DNA from: Longimicrobiales bacterium
GTDB lineage: Bacteria > Gemmatimonadota > Gemmatimonadetes > Longimicrobiales > Gaopeijiaceae
Length of the DNA stretch: 64,000 nt
Direction of reading: 5' to 3'
Assembly (NCBI GenBank): GCA_965204735.1
Contig: OZ242008.1
Location: 64,001-128,000 of the forward strand
The position numbers and the translations under genes were made by a program. The notes under the pieces are model-generated. The model was not told where the DNA came from. It worked only from the letters and a program-made list of their open reading frames with translations, and did not search any database. This document shows, piece by piece, positions 26,324 through 36,507 of the stretch. Position 1 is the first letter of the stretch, and the number at the start of each line of letters is the position of its first letter.

Positions 26324-27618
26324 CCGATCTGCGGAGGAACCGCTCTGCCGATCATATTCGAGACGTTGGTTCTCGACAGGGGCGCTCCGCTGACCATTCT
26401 GAACTCGAAGGTGTCGGGGAATCCCTGGATGCGGGCTGCTTCATGGGGTGTGATGGTCCTGCGCAACTGGGGATGTATGTACCTTCCACGCCCGGGTGTG
26501 TTGAACCCGGTGGTTATGGTACCGGCTGGCTTGTCCCAGCGAAGTCTTCCATAGATCGACGGATACGTGTGGCCGTCCTTGTGGCAGTCGGGACGCCAAT
26601 CGTTCGGCAAGTCGAACAGGTCGTGGCTGAACAGGTAGTCGATCCTCTCTCGATTGATCGCTGACAGCTCCGCCGGCGCATCCAAGAAACCGCGGGGCTC
26701 GCGCTCCAGGAGGTCGCCGATCACCCAGCGCAAGTCTCGTTCCGGGCGCGCCAGAGCTTGGACGGCCGCTTCCAGCTCCGGCTGTCCATCGACCGAAGCA
26801 ACGAGGATGTGCCGCTTTCGCGTCTGCGGCAATCCGAGACGCCTCGCGTCGATCACCGCCTCGTCGACGTAGTACTCCCGCGACTCGAACAGCGCTCGGG
26901 CCTCGTCGAGTATCCCCCGGCGGTCGTGTCGTATCCCGGGCACGTTCTCGATGATCACCGCCCTTGCGCCCAGCGCCACGGCCAAGGCCGGCATTGCCAC
27001 GTAGTACATGTTGCGCCCGTCCGACCGAAGAGTGACGTTGTTGGACGTCGAGTGTCCTTCGCACGGCGGTCCACCCAGCAAGATGTCCACTCGGCCGGCG
27101 GCAAGACGCATCGGCCCGTCCAACGGCCTGGGGTCTTCCACGAACCTGGCGGTTCCGTTCCGATAGGAATAGCTGGTGGTCACCGAGGTCCAGATGTTGC
27201 GCGACGAGCAGTACTGCGGATCGAAGTTCCTCCGGTACACGTCCAGCGCGACCGCGCTGTTGTCTGCCGCGAAGACGAACTCGGGCGCCATGCCAGCCGC
27301 GAGCACGGCTTCGCGCACGCCGTGCGACAGTCCCCCGGCCCCGCAGAACACGTCGGCAATCTCGACACAGCGTCGCCCGGAAAGCGACTCGTGCTCCACT
27401 TCGCCGCGCAGCAGCGCATGGTCGAACTGGGACTGCAACGACGCGACTTCGGACCCGTCCACGCCAGCGTCGCTGCGACACGACGATTCTCCCGACGCGC
27501 TGGGCACCTCCAGGCTTCTGACGATGCGCGAGTCGTCAAGGCGAAACGTCTCGCAGACGGCCTTGCCTCCCAGCGCCAACGATCCCTGGCGCACCCTTCC
27601 CGCAATTCTACCGGGCAC
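26278..27618 (-). CDS. DNA (cytosine-5)-methyltransferase
   Basis: Motif I DVFCGAGG, IV GGPPCEGHS, VI ENV, VIII QTRKR, IX 'RIQGFPD', X 'GRAVPP'. Confidence 0.93.
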   Translation of the reverse strand: MPGRIAGRVRQGSLALGGKAVCETFRLDDSRIVRSLEVPSASGESSCRSDAGVDGSEVASLQSQFDHALLRGEVEHESLSGRRCVEIADVFCGAGGLSHGVREAVLAAGMAPEFVFAADNSAVALDVYRRNFDPQYCSSRNIWTSVTTSYSYRNGTARFVEDPRPLDGPMRLAAGRVDILLGGPPCEGHSTSNNVTLRSDGRNMYYVAMPALAVALGARAVIIENVPGIRHDRRGILDEARALFESREYYVDEAVIDARRLGLPQTRKRHILVASVDGQPELEAAVQALARPERDLRWVIGDLLEREPRGFLDAPAELSAINRERIDYLFSHDLFDLPNDWRPDCHKDGHTYPSIYGRLRWDKPAGTITTGFNTPGRGRYIHPQLRRTITPHEAARIQGFPDTFEFRMVSGAPLSRTNVSNMIGRAVPPQIGYAAGVAALASLDTP

Positions 27619-28363
27619 GTCTCAGGTCCTGGCTGTGCTTCTCCAGCACCGCCCGAAGTTCTTGATCGCTCATGAACTCGAACGCATACACGCTGTGAAT
27701 GTGTCGAAGTCGCTTGTATAGCTTGCGGATGCCGAGAGCGTCTGTGCTGTGAAGGTAGACCTCTTTCGACTTTGGATGACGGTATTGAAACTTCACGAGG
27801 ACGCGCGCCAAGTTTCTGCACCAACCATACCTGTGCCGGATGATCCCCGATTCTATGAAGTCGGAGTGCAGAAACCTCTTCGCCAGACGATAGGGGTCGG
27901 AAGCGGCGGCATCGTACAGCATGTCCGCCCGCAACCAGAGTATCCGAAGCCGATTCCTGTAGTCCAAGGCGTCGATGCCGTAGTTTCCGAGGTGGGCGTA
28001 CACGCCCCTGCGGTGTCGCGCTTCAATGACGTCTGACAGCTTCGCCACGGCCAGCCATCTCCAAAAACCGTCCGACGCCGCCACTTTCGGAGGCAACCGC
28101 ATCTCTTTGTGCATCAGCGAGCAGACGTCTCGATCGAAGTTGAATGCGTCCACCGTTTTGCTGTCACTTTCGAGTTCGTCCAGGAGCTTCATAACTTTGG
28201 TGCAAGCACTGTCCACAAAGGCGGGGTTCCAGCTAGTTCCAGCTTCTATCGTAGGACAATCCCGATCAAGCAGCTTCTCCGGCATACCGCGGCGCCGTGC
28301 CTCGACAAGGCTCCGTGCCCTCTCGTTGGACAGCGTTCTCGCACCGCTTGAAGCGTTCGCCAT
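27608..28363 (-). CDS. Hypothetical protein, DUF6339-like
   Basis: Operonic ORF overlapping the MTase start; 'FWRWLA...NRLRILWLR' resembles DUF6339 as recalled, not verified. Confidence 0.6.
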   Translation of the reverse strand: MANASSGARTLSNERARSLVEARRRGMPEKLLDRDCPTIEAGTSWNPAFVDSACTKVMKLLDELESDSKTVDAFNFDRDVCSLMHKEMRLPPKVAASDGFWRWLAVAKLSDVIEARHRRGVYAHLGNYGIDALDYRNRLRILWLRADMLYDAAASDPYRLAKRFLHSDFIESGIIRHRYGWCRNLARVLVKFQYRHPKSKEVYLHSTDALGIRKLYKRLRHIHSVYAFEFMSDQELRAVLEKHSQDLRRAR

Positions 28364-28380
28364 CAGCAGCTCTTCACCCC

Positions 28381-29343
28381 CTACCCGACTACGCCGACGA
28401 TCGTGGCGACGTGGGACCGAAGCTCCAGCAGCCCGTCCTCCTTCACCAGATCCCGGAGGTCTCCGTAGTTCCTGCCGCTCGCCCTTGCAAGGCGGTCGAA
28501 CACCTGCCCCGCCAGCGTCTCGGTGTCGGTCGGTTCCGGATCATCCGACGTGCCCCTCAGCACTTCGCACCATATCTGAACAACGATCTCCGCTGCCAGC
28601 ATCTTCCACACCAAGTCCCGTTGGCCTGGGACGGCGTTCAGCGCGTTCAGGCCTTCTTCAGCGGCCTTGTTCATATAGACGGTGAGCGCTTCGCCTATCG
28701 GGCGCGAGTAGCGGTCGTCGCCCGTGGCGTCTTCTTCCCACTTGATCGCCCACAGCAGTTCTCGCGGATAGCCAGTGTCGCCGCCGAACTCTCGCCAGCT
28801 GAACGGGAACGCGACCGCGTCGATGCGCTGCCGGACTGCAAATTCTCTCCTGCACAAGACCTTCCCTGGGCCAAGGCCGCGTTTCGCCAGTGTCGGATCG
28901 TCGGCAACGATGCGGATGGCCAGAATGAACTCCATGCCGCCGCCCGTCTGCATCTCGTCCAAAGCCTCGGGCGCAGGCGACCATTGCTCCGGACGCTTGG
29001 CTAGGCTCCACCGTCCGAGACGCTTGTATCGCTTCAGGCGTCTGTTCCTGGCCGACACGGCGAGTTCCAACTGCGACTCTTCCAGTGCAAGGCTGGTCAG
29101 TACCTCGTCGACGCCGTCCACCGTGAAGACGAAGAGCGGTTCGATCAGCCGCTCCGTTTCGGCAGGTTCAAGGTAGTACGACGGCTCTGTCGTCGGCTCA
29201 CGCGAAAACGGACAGAACTCGCAACCCTCGAGGAGCCCGTCGAGCCGGTTGGAGAGTTGGTTCGGGCTGAGGCCGTCCCCGAACGGTGGAAGCAGCCTCC
29301 GCTCCACCCGTCGCCGACCACGCTTCTCGACATTGGCGCTCAA
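28381..29343 (-). CDS. Hypothetical protein in GHKL-MTase operon
   Basis: TTG start overlaps the upstream TGA (TTGA). About 320 aa, acidic, no recognised motif. Confidence 0.7.
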   Translation of the reverse strand: MSANVEKRGRRRVERRLLPPFGDGLSPNQLSNRLDGLLEGCEFCPFSREPTTEPSYYLEPAETERLIEPLFVFTVDGVDEVLTSLALEESQLELAVSARNRRLKRYKRLGRWSLAKRPEQWSPAPEALDEMQTGGGMEFILAIRIVADDPTLAKRGLGPGKVLCRREFAVRQRIDAVAFPFSWREFGGDTGYPRELLWAIKWEEDATGDDRYSRPIGEALTVYMNKAAEEGLNALNAVPGQRDLVWKMLAAEIVVQIWCEVLRGTSDDPEPTDTETLAGQVFDRLARASGRNYGDLRDLVKEDGLLELRSHVATIVGVVG

Positions 29344-31327
29344 CTCGACGACTCCTCGCTCTCGGGCCGACCGGCGTGCGGATCGTCGTCTGCCGACCAT
29401 GCTTCCGACCGGGCCGCTACGACTACGTCGAGGCTGGCATAATAGTCCGAGTTGAAGGACTCGGACGTCACGTCCACCACTATCTCCCGGTCCTTCCAAA
29501 CCACCAAGTCCACACCATCCGCGTGCGTGTCCACGCCGTCGCTGGCCAAGTCCGCCTCTTCGCCGTCGACGCGGAAGGACGCCAAGGGGATCCGTCCCGA
29601 TCCGTCGCGACGCCTGTTGTCGTCGAGTACGACGGCAGGAACGACCGACACACGTGCGAGCACTCTCTCCGCCGAAGCGTCTTCCTTCAGCTTGATTCCT
29701 ACGCGCGCCGTGGCCACCGACTCTGAACCGACGCTTTGTCGTCCCTCCCTGATCCGAATCTCAAAGGGGTCAGGGAGGACCGGAGGTGGTGGCGGCCGAC
29801 CCAGCTTCTCCGCCGACATCACGCTCGCCAGAATCTGCTCCAAGCGTCTCGATCCTCGCGCTACAGGAGGCTCCGGCTTGGGGTTGAGGTCCTTGAGGAA
29901 CTTCTGAGTGTGTTCTTTGATGCGACGCAGGATGCGCTCCACCAGCTTCTGGAGGAGCTCGCGCTTGGCCTGGTCGTCCGGGTACGCGTCCCGCAGTCTC
30001 TGAGAGTTGGGATTCCAGGTGTCATGCGAAGGCGGTTCCGATAGGTGAAGCGCCTCGTCGGCGTCGGGATCGCCAAGAAAAACGCCAACGCCCTTCTGAT
30101 CGCCGGCGCTTGGTAGTTTCAGGTATTTGACGACCATCAGGGGCCCGCTGCGAATCAGCGCCACCGAATTCTGGAATAGATCATCCGGCGAGTCGTCCGC
30201 TTCGATGGGCTGTTGATCGTCGGCACCTTTGAGGGCGAGTTGACCGGGTTGCAAACCCTGGAACCGGTGGAACTTCAGCTTCTTCTCGCGAGGCCCACTC
30301 AGCGGCACGCTGTGCTCGATCATCGTGTAGCAGGTGATGTGCGCCTCCAGTTCGGCGACGGCCAGGGGGGCCGGAGCGCGAACCAGATCGTTGTCCATGC
30401 ACAACTCGACGGTCAGCTTGTTGGAGAGCAAGCGTGGCCACCACCATTGCTCGACGGCGGTACGGAATTCGCCGATGTCGATCGACGACCCGATGATCAT
30501 GATCGAAGTGCCGTGCTCGTCGCGGGTTCTCGTGAACCCGACCTGTTCGGCGATTTCGTGCGCCATATCGTCGACGATCGGCCTGCACACCGGTTGTCCA
30601 CCCTGTCGGTCCTCATGGACGCCAAAGAGAGCGCGGCCTGTGTACTTGCGAGCCGCGGAGTCCCTGCTCCCTGCCGAGCGCGCCTCGTTCCCCTTCCACC
30701 AATGGCCGTCGAACGTGGCGCAGGCGAAGAGCCGCGCGTGGTGGCCACCTGTCTTCGCGCTGGGCTCGAAAATGGAATACACGACGAACATGTTGCAGTC
30801 CGACGCCTCCTCGTAGACCGCCTTCCCCAAGCCGTACGACCCGCCCTTGCCGGAAGACACGCTTGTCGTGTCCTGCCCCAGCGAAAGGCAAAGCTCCTCG
30901 AAACGATCCTTCTTGTCCCGCTCGTCGTATCCCAATCCGCAAGTGTTGCGATCTTCGACTATGGTCACCTGAACGGGTACGCCGTCGCGCAGTCGAGTCA
31001 GCGCGTTCGGAGACGAAAGACCGAGTTTCTCCAGCCGAGCGAGGGGAGAGTCGATCGCATCGAAGCCAAGAAGCTTGCGGAAGGCCGTCACCTCTTGACG
31101 CGAGAGCGTCATGTTCCGTATCAGGACCTCGGTCTTCGTGTCCGGCAGCGTGGCATCGACACTATTCTGGATCGCCTCCCGCGCGACGCGTGCTGCTGTG
31201 TCGTGACCAGAGCCTTCCAATGCGAAGCGCCGAGCCGTTGACTTGATTCGCTCGTTCGGGTTTTCCTCAACGAACAGCCAAGCTGGCTGGTCGGAGCGTG
31301 ATCGGGGGGGGGGGGGGGGGGCGACAT
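29340..31327 (-). CDS. GHKL (Hsp90/MORC-like) ATPase-domain protein; out of frame at the C18 tract if the ATG at 31327 is the start
   Basis: N-box 'REAIQNSVDA', G1 'EDRNTCGL', G2 'GGSYGLGK', G3 'GTSI'. The long frame is open from 31511 to 29340, but its first ~60 codons look non-coding. Confidence 0.78.
31304..31321 (+). repeat. G18 homopolymer (C18 on the coding strand)
   Basis: 18 consecutive G, counted directly. Confidence 0.95.
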
Positions 31328-31528
31328 GAAGGCGGGCAAGGCAGCAAGCAGGAGAGGACGTTGCGAAAAGAAGCAGTAAGTTACGAAGCTCGGACGGCTC
31401 CCGCAAGCGGGGGCCACAGGCGACTCCAGCAGCCGGCCGCGGCGGTTTCCACAAGTGGGATCGTAGGCGATTTCCGCAGGCGGTGCTCAGCCGCTTCCCG
31501 CAAGCGGCCACGAACGGAGGCCCCTCGA

Positions 31529-32608
31529 ATGCCGGTCCAGTCCTCTTCGCCGACGCTTGTAGTCCTGGCCGCCGGAGCCTCCACCAGGTACGGACGCCTC
31601 AAGCAGCTGGACCCGCTGGGACCCGGTGGCCAAGCATTGCTGGACTACGCGCTCTTCGACGGCGCCGGGCTGGGGTACGCCCCGGCCCTCTTGGTCGTCC
31701 AGGAGGACAAGCAACGTCACTTCGCGGCCCACCTGCAGCCAGCGACGGCCGCCGGCCTCGACATCCGCTTCGCCCATCAGCCCATGGACCTGCCCGGAGT
31801 GCTGCAACAGGCGCCAAGGGGACGCATGAAGCCTTGGGGCACCGGGTTCGCCGTCTTGGCGGCCGGCGAGTGCCTGGACGGCCCCTTCGCCGTCTGCAAC
31901 GCCGACGACTTCTATGGCAGAACGGCGTTCGCGGCCGTGGCAATGGCCCTGGAAGCCATGGCGGCGCTGGAATCGGAGCGCCTCACGCCGGACCCGGCCA
32001 ACCCGAGTCGGCCCGCCGCCGCTCGCAGCCCGGGGTGCAACCCCGCTCGGCAAGCCGTCCCCCTCCCGGCCGTCACCGTCGGCTACCGTCTCGACGCCAC
32101 CTTGTCGGACAGCGGCGGAGTCTCCCGAGGCATCTGCGAAGTCGGCGACGACGGGACGCTCCACTCCCTGACCGAGGGACTGGACCTCCGTCGCGTCGGA
32201 AAGCGGATACGGGGCCGGGACCCGACCGGCGCACCCCTGGACGCGAGCCCGGATGCGCTGGCGTGCACTAGCCTGTGGGGCTTTCCGCCACGCATCCTCG
32301 GTCTGCTGGCCGAGCGGTTCAAGGCGTTTGTTGCGACGGACCCCGGCCCGGAGCGAGAGTTCTACCTGACGGAGGCGGTCAACGACCTGATCATGGCGGG
32401 CAAGGTGCGGTGCACCGTTCTGCCGACCGAGGAGACCTGGCTGGGCGTCACCTTCCCCGATGACCGGCACGGCGTAGCCGAGTCGCTCCGGAAGTTGGTA
32501 GAATCGGGAACGTACCCGAAGAACCTCTGGTCGCGGGCCAAGCCGTGCCCGGCGAAGACTTCAGAAGCCGTTCCGGCCCCGAAGCTGGTTCCCAGGGCAA
32601 AGCAATGA
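31529..32608 (+). CDS. Sugar-phosphate nucleotidyltransferase
   Basis: GGAGG RBS; 'LAAGASTRYGRLKQ', 'KPWGTG', 'NADDFYG', 'EFYL'. Confidence 0.88.
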   Translation: MPVQSSSPTLVVLAAGASTRYGRLKQLDPLGPGGQALLDYALFDGAGLGYAPALLVVQEDKQRHFAAHLQPATAAGLDIRFAHQPMDLPGVLQQAPRGRMKPWGTGFAVLAAGECLDGPFAVCNADDFYGRTAFAAVAMALEAMAALESERLTPDPANPSRPAAARSPGCNPARQAVPLPAVTVGYRLDATLSDSGGVSRGICEVGDDGTLHSLTEGLDLRRVGKRIRGRDPTGAPLDASPDALACTSLWGFPPRILGLLAERFKAFVATDPGPEREFYLTEAVNDLIMAGKVRCTVLPTEETWLGVTFPDDRHGVAESLRKLVESGTYPKNLWSRAKPCPAKTSEAVPAPKLVPRAKQ

Positions 32609-32667
32609 TCGGGCAGCGGATGCCCAACCGAAGCCAGAAAATGGGCTGACAGCCAGAAAGGGCCAAA

Positions 32668-34437
32668 ATGCAGCTCGCAATCCTGGACTGGATCGTCGTG
32701 GCGCTGTACGGACTGCTGGTCCTGGCCATCGGCCTGCGCTACGCCCGCCGGGCCGGGACCGGGGCCGGCGAGTTCTTCCTCTCGGGCCGCAAGCTGCCTT
32801 GGTGGCTGCTGGGCACGTCAATGGTCGCGACGACCTTCTCCACCGACACGCCCAACTTGGTCGCCGACTTCGTGCGGGACGGGGGCGTGGCGCAGAACTG
32901 GTCGTGGTGGGCCTTCCTGATCACGGGGATGTGCACGGTCTTCTTCTACGCGAAGCTGTGGCGGCGCTCGGGCGCCCTCACCGACATCGAGTTCTACGAG
33001 CTTCGCTACTCGGGGCGGCCGGCGGCGTTCCTCCGAGGCTTCCGGGCGCTGTACCTGGGCGTCTTCTACAACGTGATGATCATCGCGACCGTGACGCTGG
33101 CCGCGACCAAGATCGGCGGAGTTCTCCTGGGGCTGGACCCCCTCGCCACGGTTCTGATCGCAGGCTCGGTGGCAATGGTCTATTCGGCCACCTCGGGGCT
33201 CTGGGGCGTAGTGGCGACCGACCTGGTCCTCTTCGTAGTGGCAATGGCCGGATCGGTCGCGGCTGCCTGGTTCGCCCTCCAGCAGCCGGAAGTCGGCGGG
33301 CTCGCGGGGCTGTTGGCCAACCCCGCCGTCCAGCCCGCCACGAGCTTCCTCCCCGACTTCTCGGACTGGAGCGTGGCCCTGGGCGTCTTCGTCGTCCCGA
33401 TCGCGGTCCAGTGGTGGAGCGCGTGGTACCCGGGTGCCGAACCGGGGGGCGGAGGCTACGTGGCCCAGCGGATGCTCGCCGCCAAGAACGAGCGCGAATC
33501 CATGAAGGCGACCCTGTGGTTCAACATCGCCCACTACGGGCTCCGGCCGTGGCCGTGGATCGTGGTCGCGCTGTGCTCGATGGTCGTCTACCCCGAACTT
33601 GCCGACATCCAGGCGCGCTTTCCCAACCTGGACCCGTCGCTGGTGGGCAACGACCTGGCCTATCCGGCCATGCTGGTCTTCCTGCCCGCAGGGCTTTTGG
33701 GACTGGTGGTCGCGTCGCTGGCCGCCGCCTACATGTCCACCGTCAGCACCCAGCTCAACTGGGGCTCGTCCTACGTGGTCAACGACTTCTACCGGCGCTT
33801 CGTGAACCCGGACGCCAGCGACCGCAAGCTGGTGGCGGCAGGCCGACTCTCCACGGTGGGGCTGATGATCTTGGGCGCCTTCGTCGCGCTCCAGCTGGAC
33901 ACCGCTGGACAGGGCTTTCAGATCCTTCTCCAGATCGGCGCCGGAACAGGTCTCGTCTTCCTGCTGCGATGGTTCTGGTACCGAGTGAACGTGTGGAGCG
34001 AACTCGCCGGCATGACGCTCTCGTTCCTGGTGGCGCTCTACTTCGCGTTCGTCCATGGCAGGTTGGGACTCGACCCGCTGACGGGCTGGCAGCAGCTGAT
34101 CGCGGGCGTGGCGGTCACGACGCTGGGATGGCTGGCCGTCACCCTCGTCACGCCGCCGGCGGACGCCCCCACGCTGCAACGCTTCTACGACAAGATCCAG
34201 CCGCTGGGCCGGGGCTGGCGCCGTGTCGTGGACACGAGCGCCGCTCGAACCGACGACGGCTCGGTCACGGCCGCCTTCCTGGGCTGGTTCCTAGGCTGCG
34301 TCCTCGTCTACGGCGCGCTTTTCGGCACGGGGTACGCGCTGTACGGCCGTGCAGTCCCGGCGACCCTGGCGCTGGCCGTCTCGGCCGGCGCAGGAGCTTG
34401 GCTCTTCAGGCTATTGCCTCGCCTCGGGTTCCGATGA
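32668..34437 (+). CDS. Sodium:solute symporter
   Basis: 'EFFLSGRKLPWW', 'SMVATTF', 'QRMLAAK', 'AAYMST'; many TM helices. Confidence 0.92.
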   Translation: MQLAILDWIVVALYGLLVLAIGLRYARRAGTGAGEFFLSGRKLPWWLLGTSMVATTFSTDTPNLVADFVRDGGVAQNWSWWAFLITGMCTVFFYAKLWRRSGALTDIEFYELRYSGRPAAFLRGFRALYLGVFYNVMIIATVTLAATKIGGVLLGLDPLATVLIAGSVAMVYSATSGLWGVVATDLVLFVVAMAGSVAAAWFALQQPEVGGLAGLLANPAVQPATSFLPDFSDWSVALGVFVVPIAVQWWSAWYPGAEPGGGGYVAQRMLAAKNERESMKATLWFNIAHYGLRPWPWIVVALCSMVVYPELADIQARFPNLDPSLVGNDLAYPAMLVFLPAGLLGLVVASLAAAYMSTVSTQLNWGSSYVVNDFYRRFVNPDASDRKLVAAGRLSTVGLMILGAFVALQLDTAGQGFQILLQIGAGTGLVFLLRWFWYRVNVWSELAGMTLSFLVALYFAFVHGRLGLDPLTGWQQLIAGVAVTTLGWLAVTLVTPPADAPTLQRFYDKIQPLGRGWRRVVDTSAARTDDGSVTAAFLGWFLGCVLVYGALFGTGYALYGRAVPATLALAVSAGAGAWLFRLLPRLGFR

Positions 34438-35795
34438 CCGCTTCCCGCCGCCAGGTGATCGCCCCCGGCCGCGTGAACCTGATCGGCGAGCACATCGACT
34501 ACAACGGACTGCCCGTTCTGCCCATGGCGCTGGACCGGTCCGTGCGCATCGACTTCGTCCCGCTGGACGAGCCTGTCGTGCGACTGGCCAGCGCGGCGCC
34601 GGGATGCGATCCCGTCGAGTTCCGACTGGACCGCCCGATCGACCGCGCTCCCCAAGGGCACTGGTCGAACTACGCCCGCGCCGCCGCCTGGGGGCTGTTG
34701 GAGGACGAACGCCGGCTGGCGCAGGGCGACCGGGCAAACTCCAGGCCAGTCGCCCCCGACCCCGACGGCCGCCCCGGCGCCCGTGGGCCACTGGGTCGGG
34801 CTGGCCGCCTCCGCGGCTTTGACGGACGGCTCGACAGCGACCTTCCAATTGCCTCGGGACTGGCGTCCTCGTCGGCCTTCGTCGTGGCCGTCGGTCTCGC
34901 GCTGCTCCACTCCAACGACCTGAAGCTTGCCCCGTTGGACCTCGCCGTCAGGATGGCCGGGGCCGAGCGCTTCACCGGCGTGCAGGGCGGCGGAATGGAC
35001 CAGGCGGCCTGTCTGTGCGGGGTCGCGGGTCACGCTCTCCGAATCGACTTCGGCCCATTGCGCGCGACTCCTGTGCCCATGCCGGCCGGCTGGCGGTGGA
35101 TCGTGGCGTCTTCGTTGGCCCGAGCCGAGAAGTCACGGGGCGCGATGGAGGCGTACAACGCGCGAGCCTGGGAGTGCCGCGAAGCGCTCCGACGCCTGAT
35201 CGTCGACGCTTCGAATCCGAAGACTGGCGGCCGTGCCGCCGCGACTTTCTGGCCCCGCACGGAGACGAGGGTGGCTCCAGCCTACCGCGATCTGACTCGA
35301 GCGTTATCAGTGGGCGAAGTGTTGGATTGGGCCGCACGTGTGCTCAACCCCCGCCTGCTTTCTCGGTTCCGTCACGTGGTCACCGAAGCCCGGCGAGTCG
35401 AAGCGGCCCAGCGAGCCATGGCCGAGGCGCGCATCGACGAGTTCGGCACCCAGATGGTGCACTCCCACGACAGCCTTCGAGACGACTACGGGGTCAGCAC
35501 GCCGGCCTTGGACGAGATCGTGTCCGTCGCGCTGGACGCGGGCGCCGCCGGAGCCAGGCTGACGGGGGCCGGCTTCGGAGGCTCCGCAGTAGTCCTCTGC
35601 TCAGCGCAGACAGCGCCCACGGTCTCGGAAGCGCTGAAGTCCCGCTTCTACGCCAAGCACCGGAGCGCCCGAACACCCGGCGCCCGGTCCGCACCTGCCA
35701 CTCCTCTCCACGAGACGATCTTCGTCGCGCGACCTTCGGCCGGCGCCGGTGTGCAGGACGATCCCCATGCCGCCGGGCTGCCCGGTGCCGTCTGA
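34434..35795 (+). CDS. galK: Galactokinase-family (GHMP) sugar kinase
   Basis: 'APGRVNLIGEHIDY', 'PIASGLASS', 'GGMDQ', 'ARLTGAGFGG'. ATGA overlap with the symporter. Confidence 0.85.
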   Translation: MTASRRQVIAPGRVNLIGEHIDYNGLPVLPMALDRSVRIDFVPLDEPVVRLASAAPGCDPVEFRLDRPIDRAPQGHWSNYARAAAWGLLEDERRLAQGDRANSRPVAPDPDGRPGARGPLGRAGRLRGFDGRLDSDLPIASGLASSSAFVVAVGLALLHSNDLKLAPLDLAVRMAGAERFTGVQGGGMDQAACLCGVAGHALRIDFGPLRATPVPMPAGWRWIVASSLARAEKSRGAMEAYNARAWECREALRRLIVDASNPKTGGRAAATFWPRTETRVAPAYRDLTRALSVGEVLDWAARVLNPRLLSRFRHVVTEARRVEAAQRAMAEARIDEFGTQMVHSHDSLRDDYGVSTPALDEIVSVALDAGAAGARLTGAGFGGSAVVLCSAQTAPTVSEALKSRFYAKHRSARTPGARSAPATPLHETIFVARPSAGAGVQDDPHAAGLPGAV

Positions 35796-35820
35796 TCCCC
35801 GCCTGCCATCGGGATCAAGA

Positions 35821-36507
35821 TCACGGTTCCCCCAAGCTCTCCATCCGCTCCATCCAGGCATTGAAGTTCGGACAAGCTGCACGGATTTCGTGAAGTCCGA
35901 TCCGCGAGGCAGCGACTAATCCGTCAGCGACCTTCTGATACCCGGGTGCGACCTCCAAGATGCGCTTGGACGGCGCCGTGGATACGCCATCGTCGATCTC
36001 CTCTGGCGTGCCGAAGCGGCTCATGACTTGATGGAATCGCCGCACGGCCCGGTCTTGTTGAGAACCAAGCGACACTACCCTTCCCAGAACCTCTGGTGCG
36101 GCAAACAACAAGGCCTCAAACTCATGCAACTGCACATACGGTATGAACGCATCGGGGCGCCAGTGCTTCCCCACTATTCCCTCCATCCTTGCGTACATTT
36201 CGTTTTCGATTTCAGTGGCCTTCTGGCCATGGGGCCTGCGAGCCGCGGCCGCCCGTCCTGGCCAATCAAGCGGCATGCCGTAGTAGTCGAACATCGTCGT
36301 CACGTGACGGCCGCCATCCTCCTGAAGCAATCGACGCAGTTCCTTCTCTGTTTGTTTCCATGACTTCACTCCGCCTGTGACGCGAGGCCTGCCCATGGTG
36401 GTCGTTTGCAAGTGGACGCCTCTGTTGCCCAAGAACGGTGCAATCAATTCGTTGCAGAATCTTTCTTCTGTCTGGCCTTCCACCAACGCCAGGATCCGCA
36501 CACTCAA
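35821..36507 (-). CDS. DUF4276-family (TOPRIM-like) protein
   Basis: 'VEGQTEERF', 'TTMFDYYG', 'HEFEALLF', 'PEEIDD...APSKRI', 'CPNFNAW'. TTG start overlaps the ATPase stop. Confidence 0.85.
   Translation of the reverse strand: MSVRILALVEGQTEERFCNELIAPFLGNRGVHLQTTTMGRPRVTGGVKSWKQTEKELRRLLQEDGGRHVTTMFDYYGMPLDWPGRAAAARRPHGQKATEIENEMYARMEGIVGKHWRPDAFIPYVQLHEFEALLFAAPEVLGRVVSLGSQQDRAVRRFHQVMSRFGTPEEIDDGVSTAPSKRILEVAPGYQKVADGLVAASRIGLHEIRAACPNFNAWMERMESLGEP

Noticed and set aside
31298..31528. Poly-Gly N-terminal extension of the nucleotidyltransferase spanning the G18 tract
   Set aside because: A GGAGG RBS and ATG at 31529 directly precede the conserved domain; the tract fits the opposite-strand gene better.
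32799..35795. 998-aa ORF as a large kinase fusion (likewise 22323-24692, 40249-42312, 54708-58865)
   Set aside because: The N-terminal parts are off-frame overlaps with upstream genes; real starts are at the stop/start overlaps.
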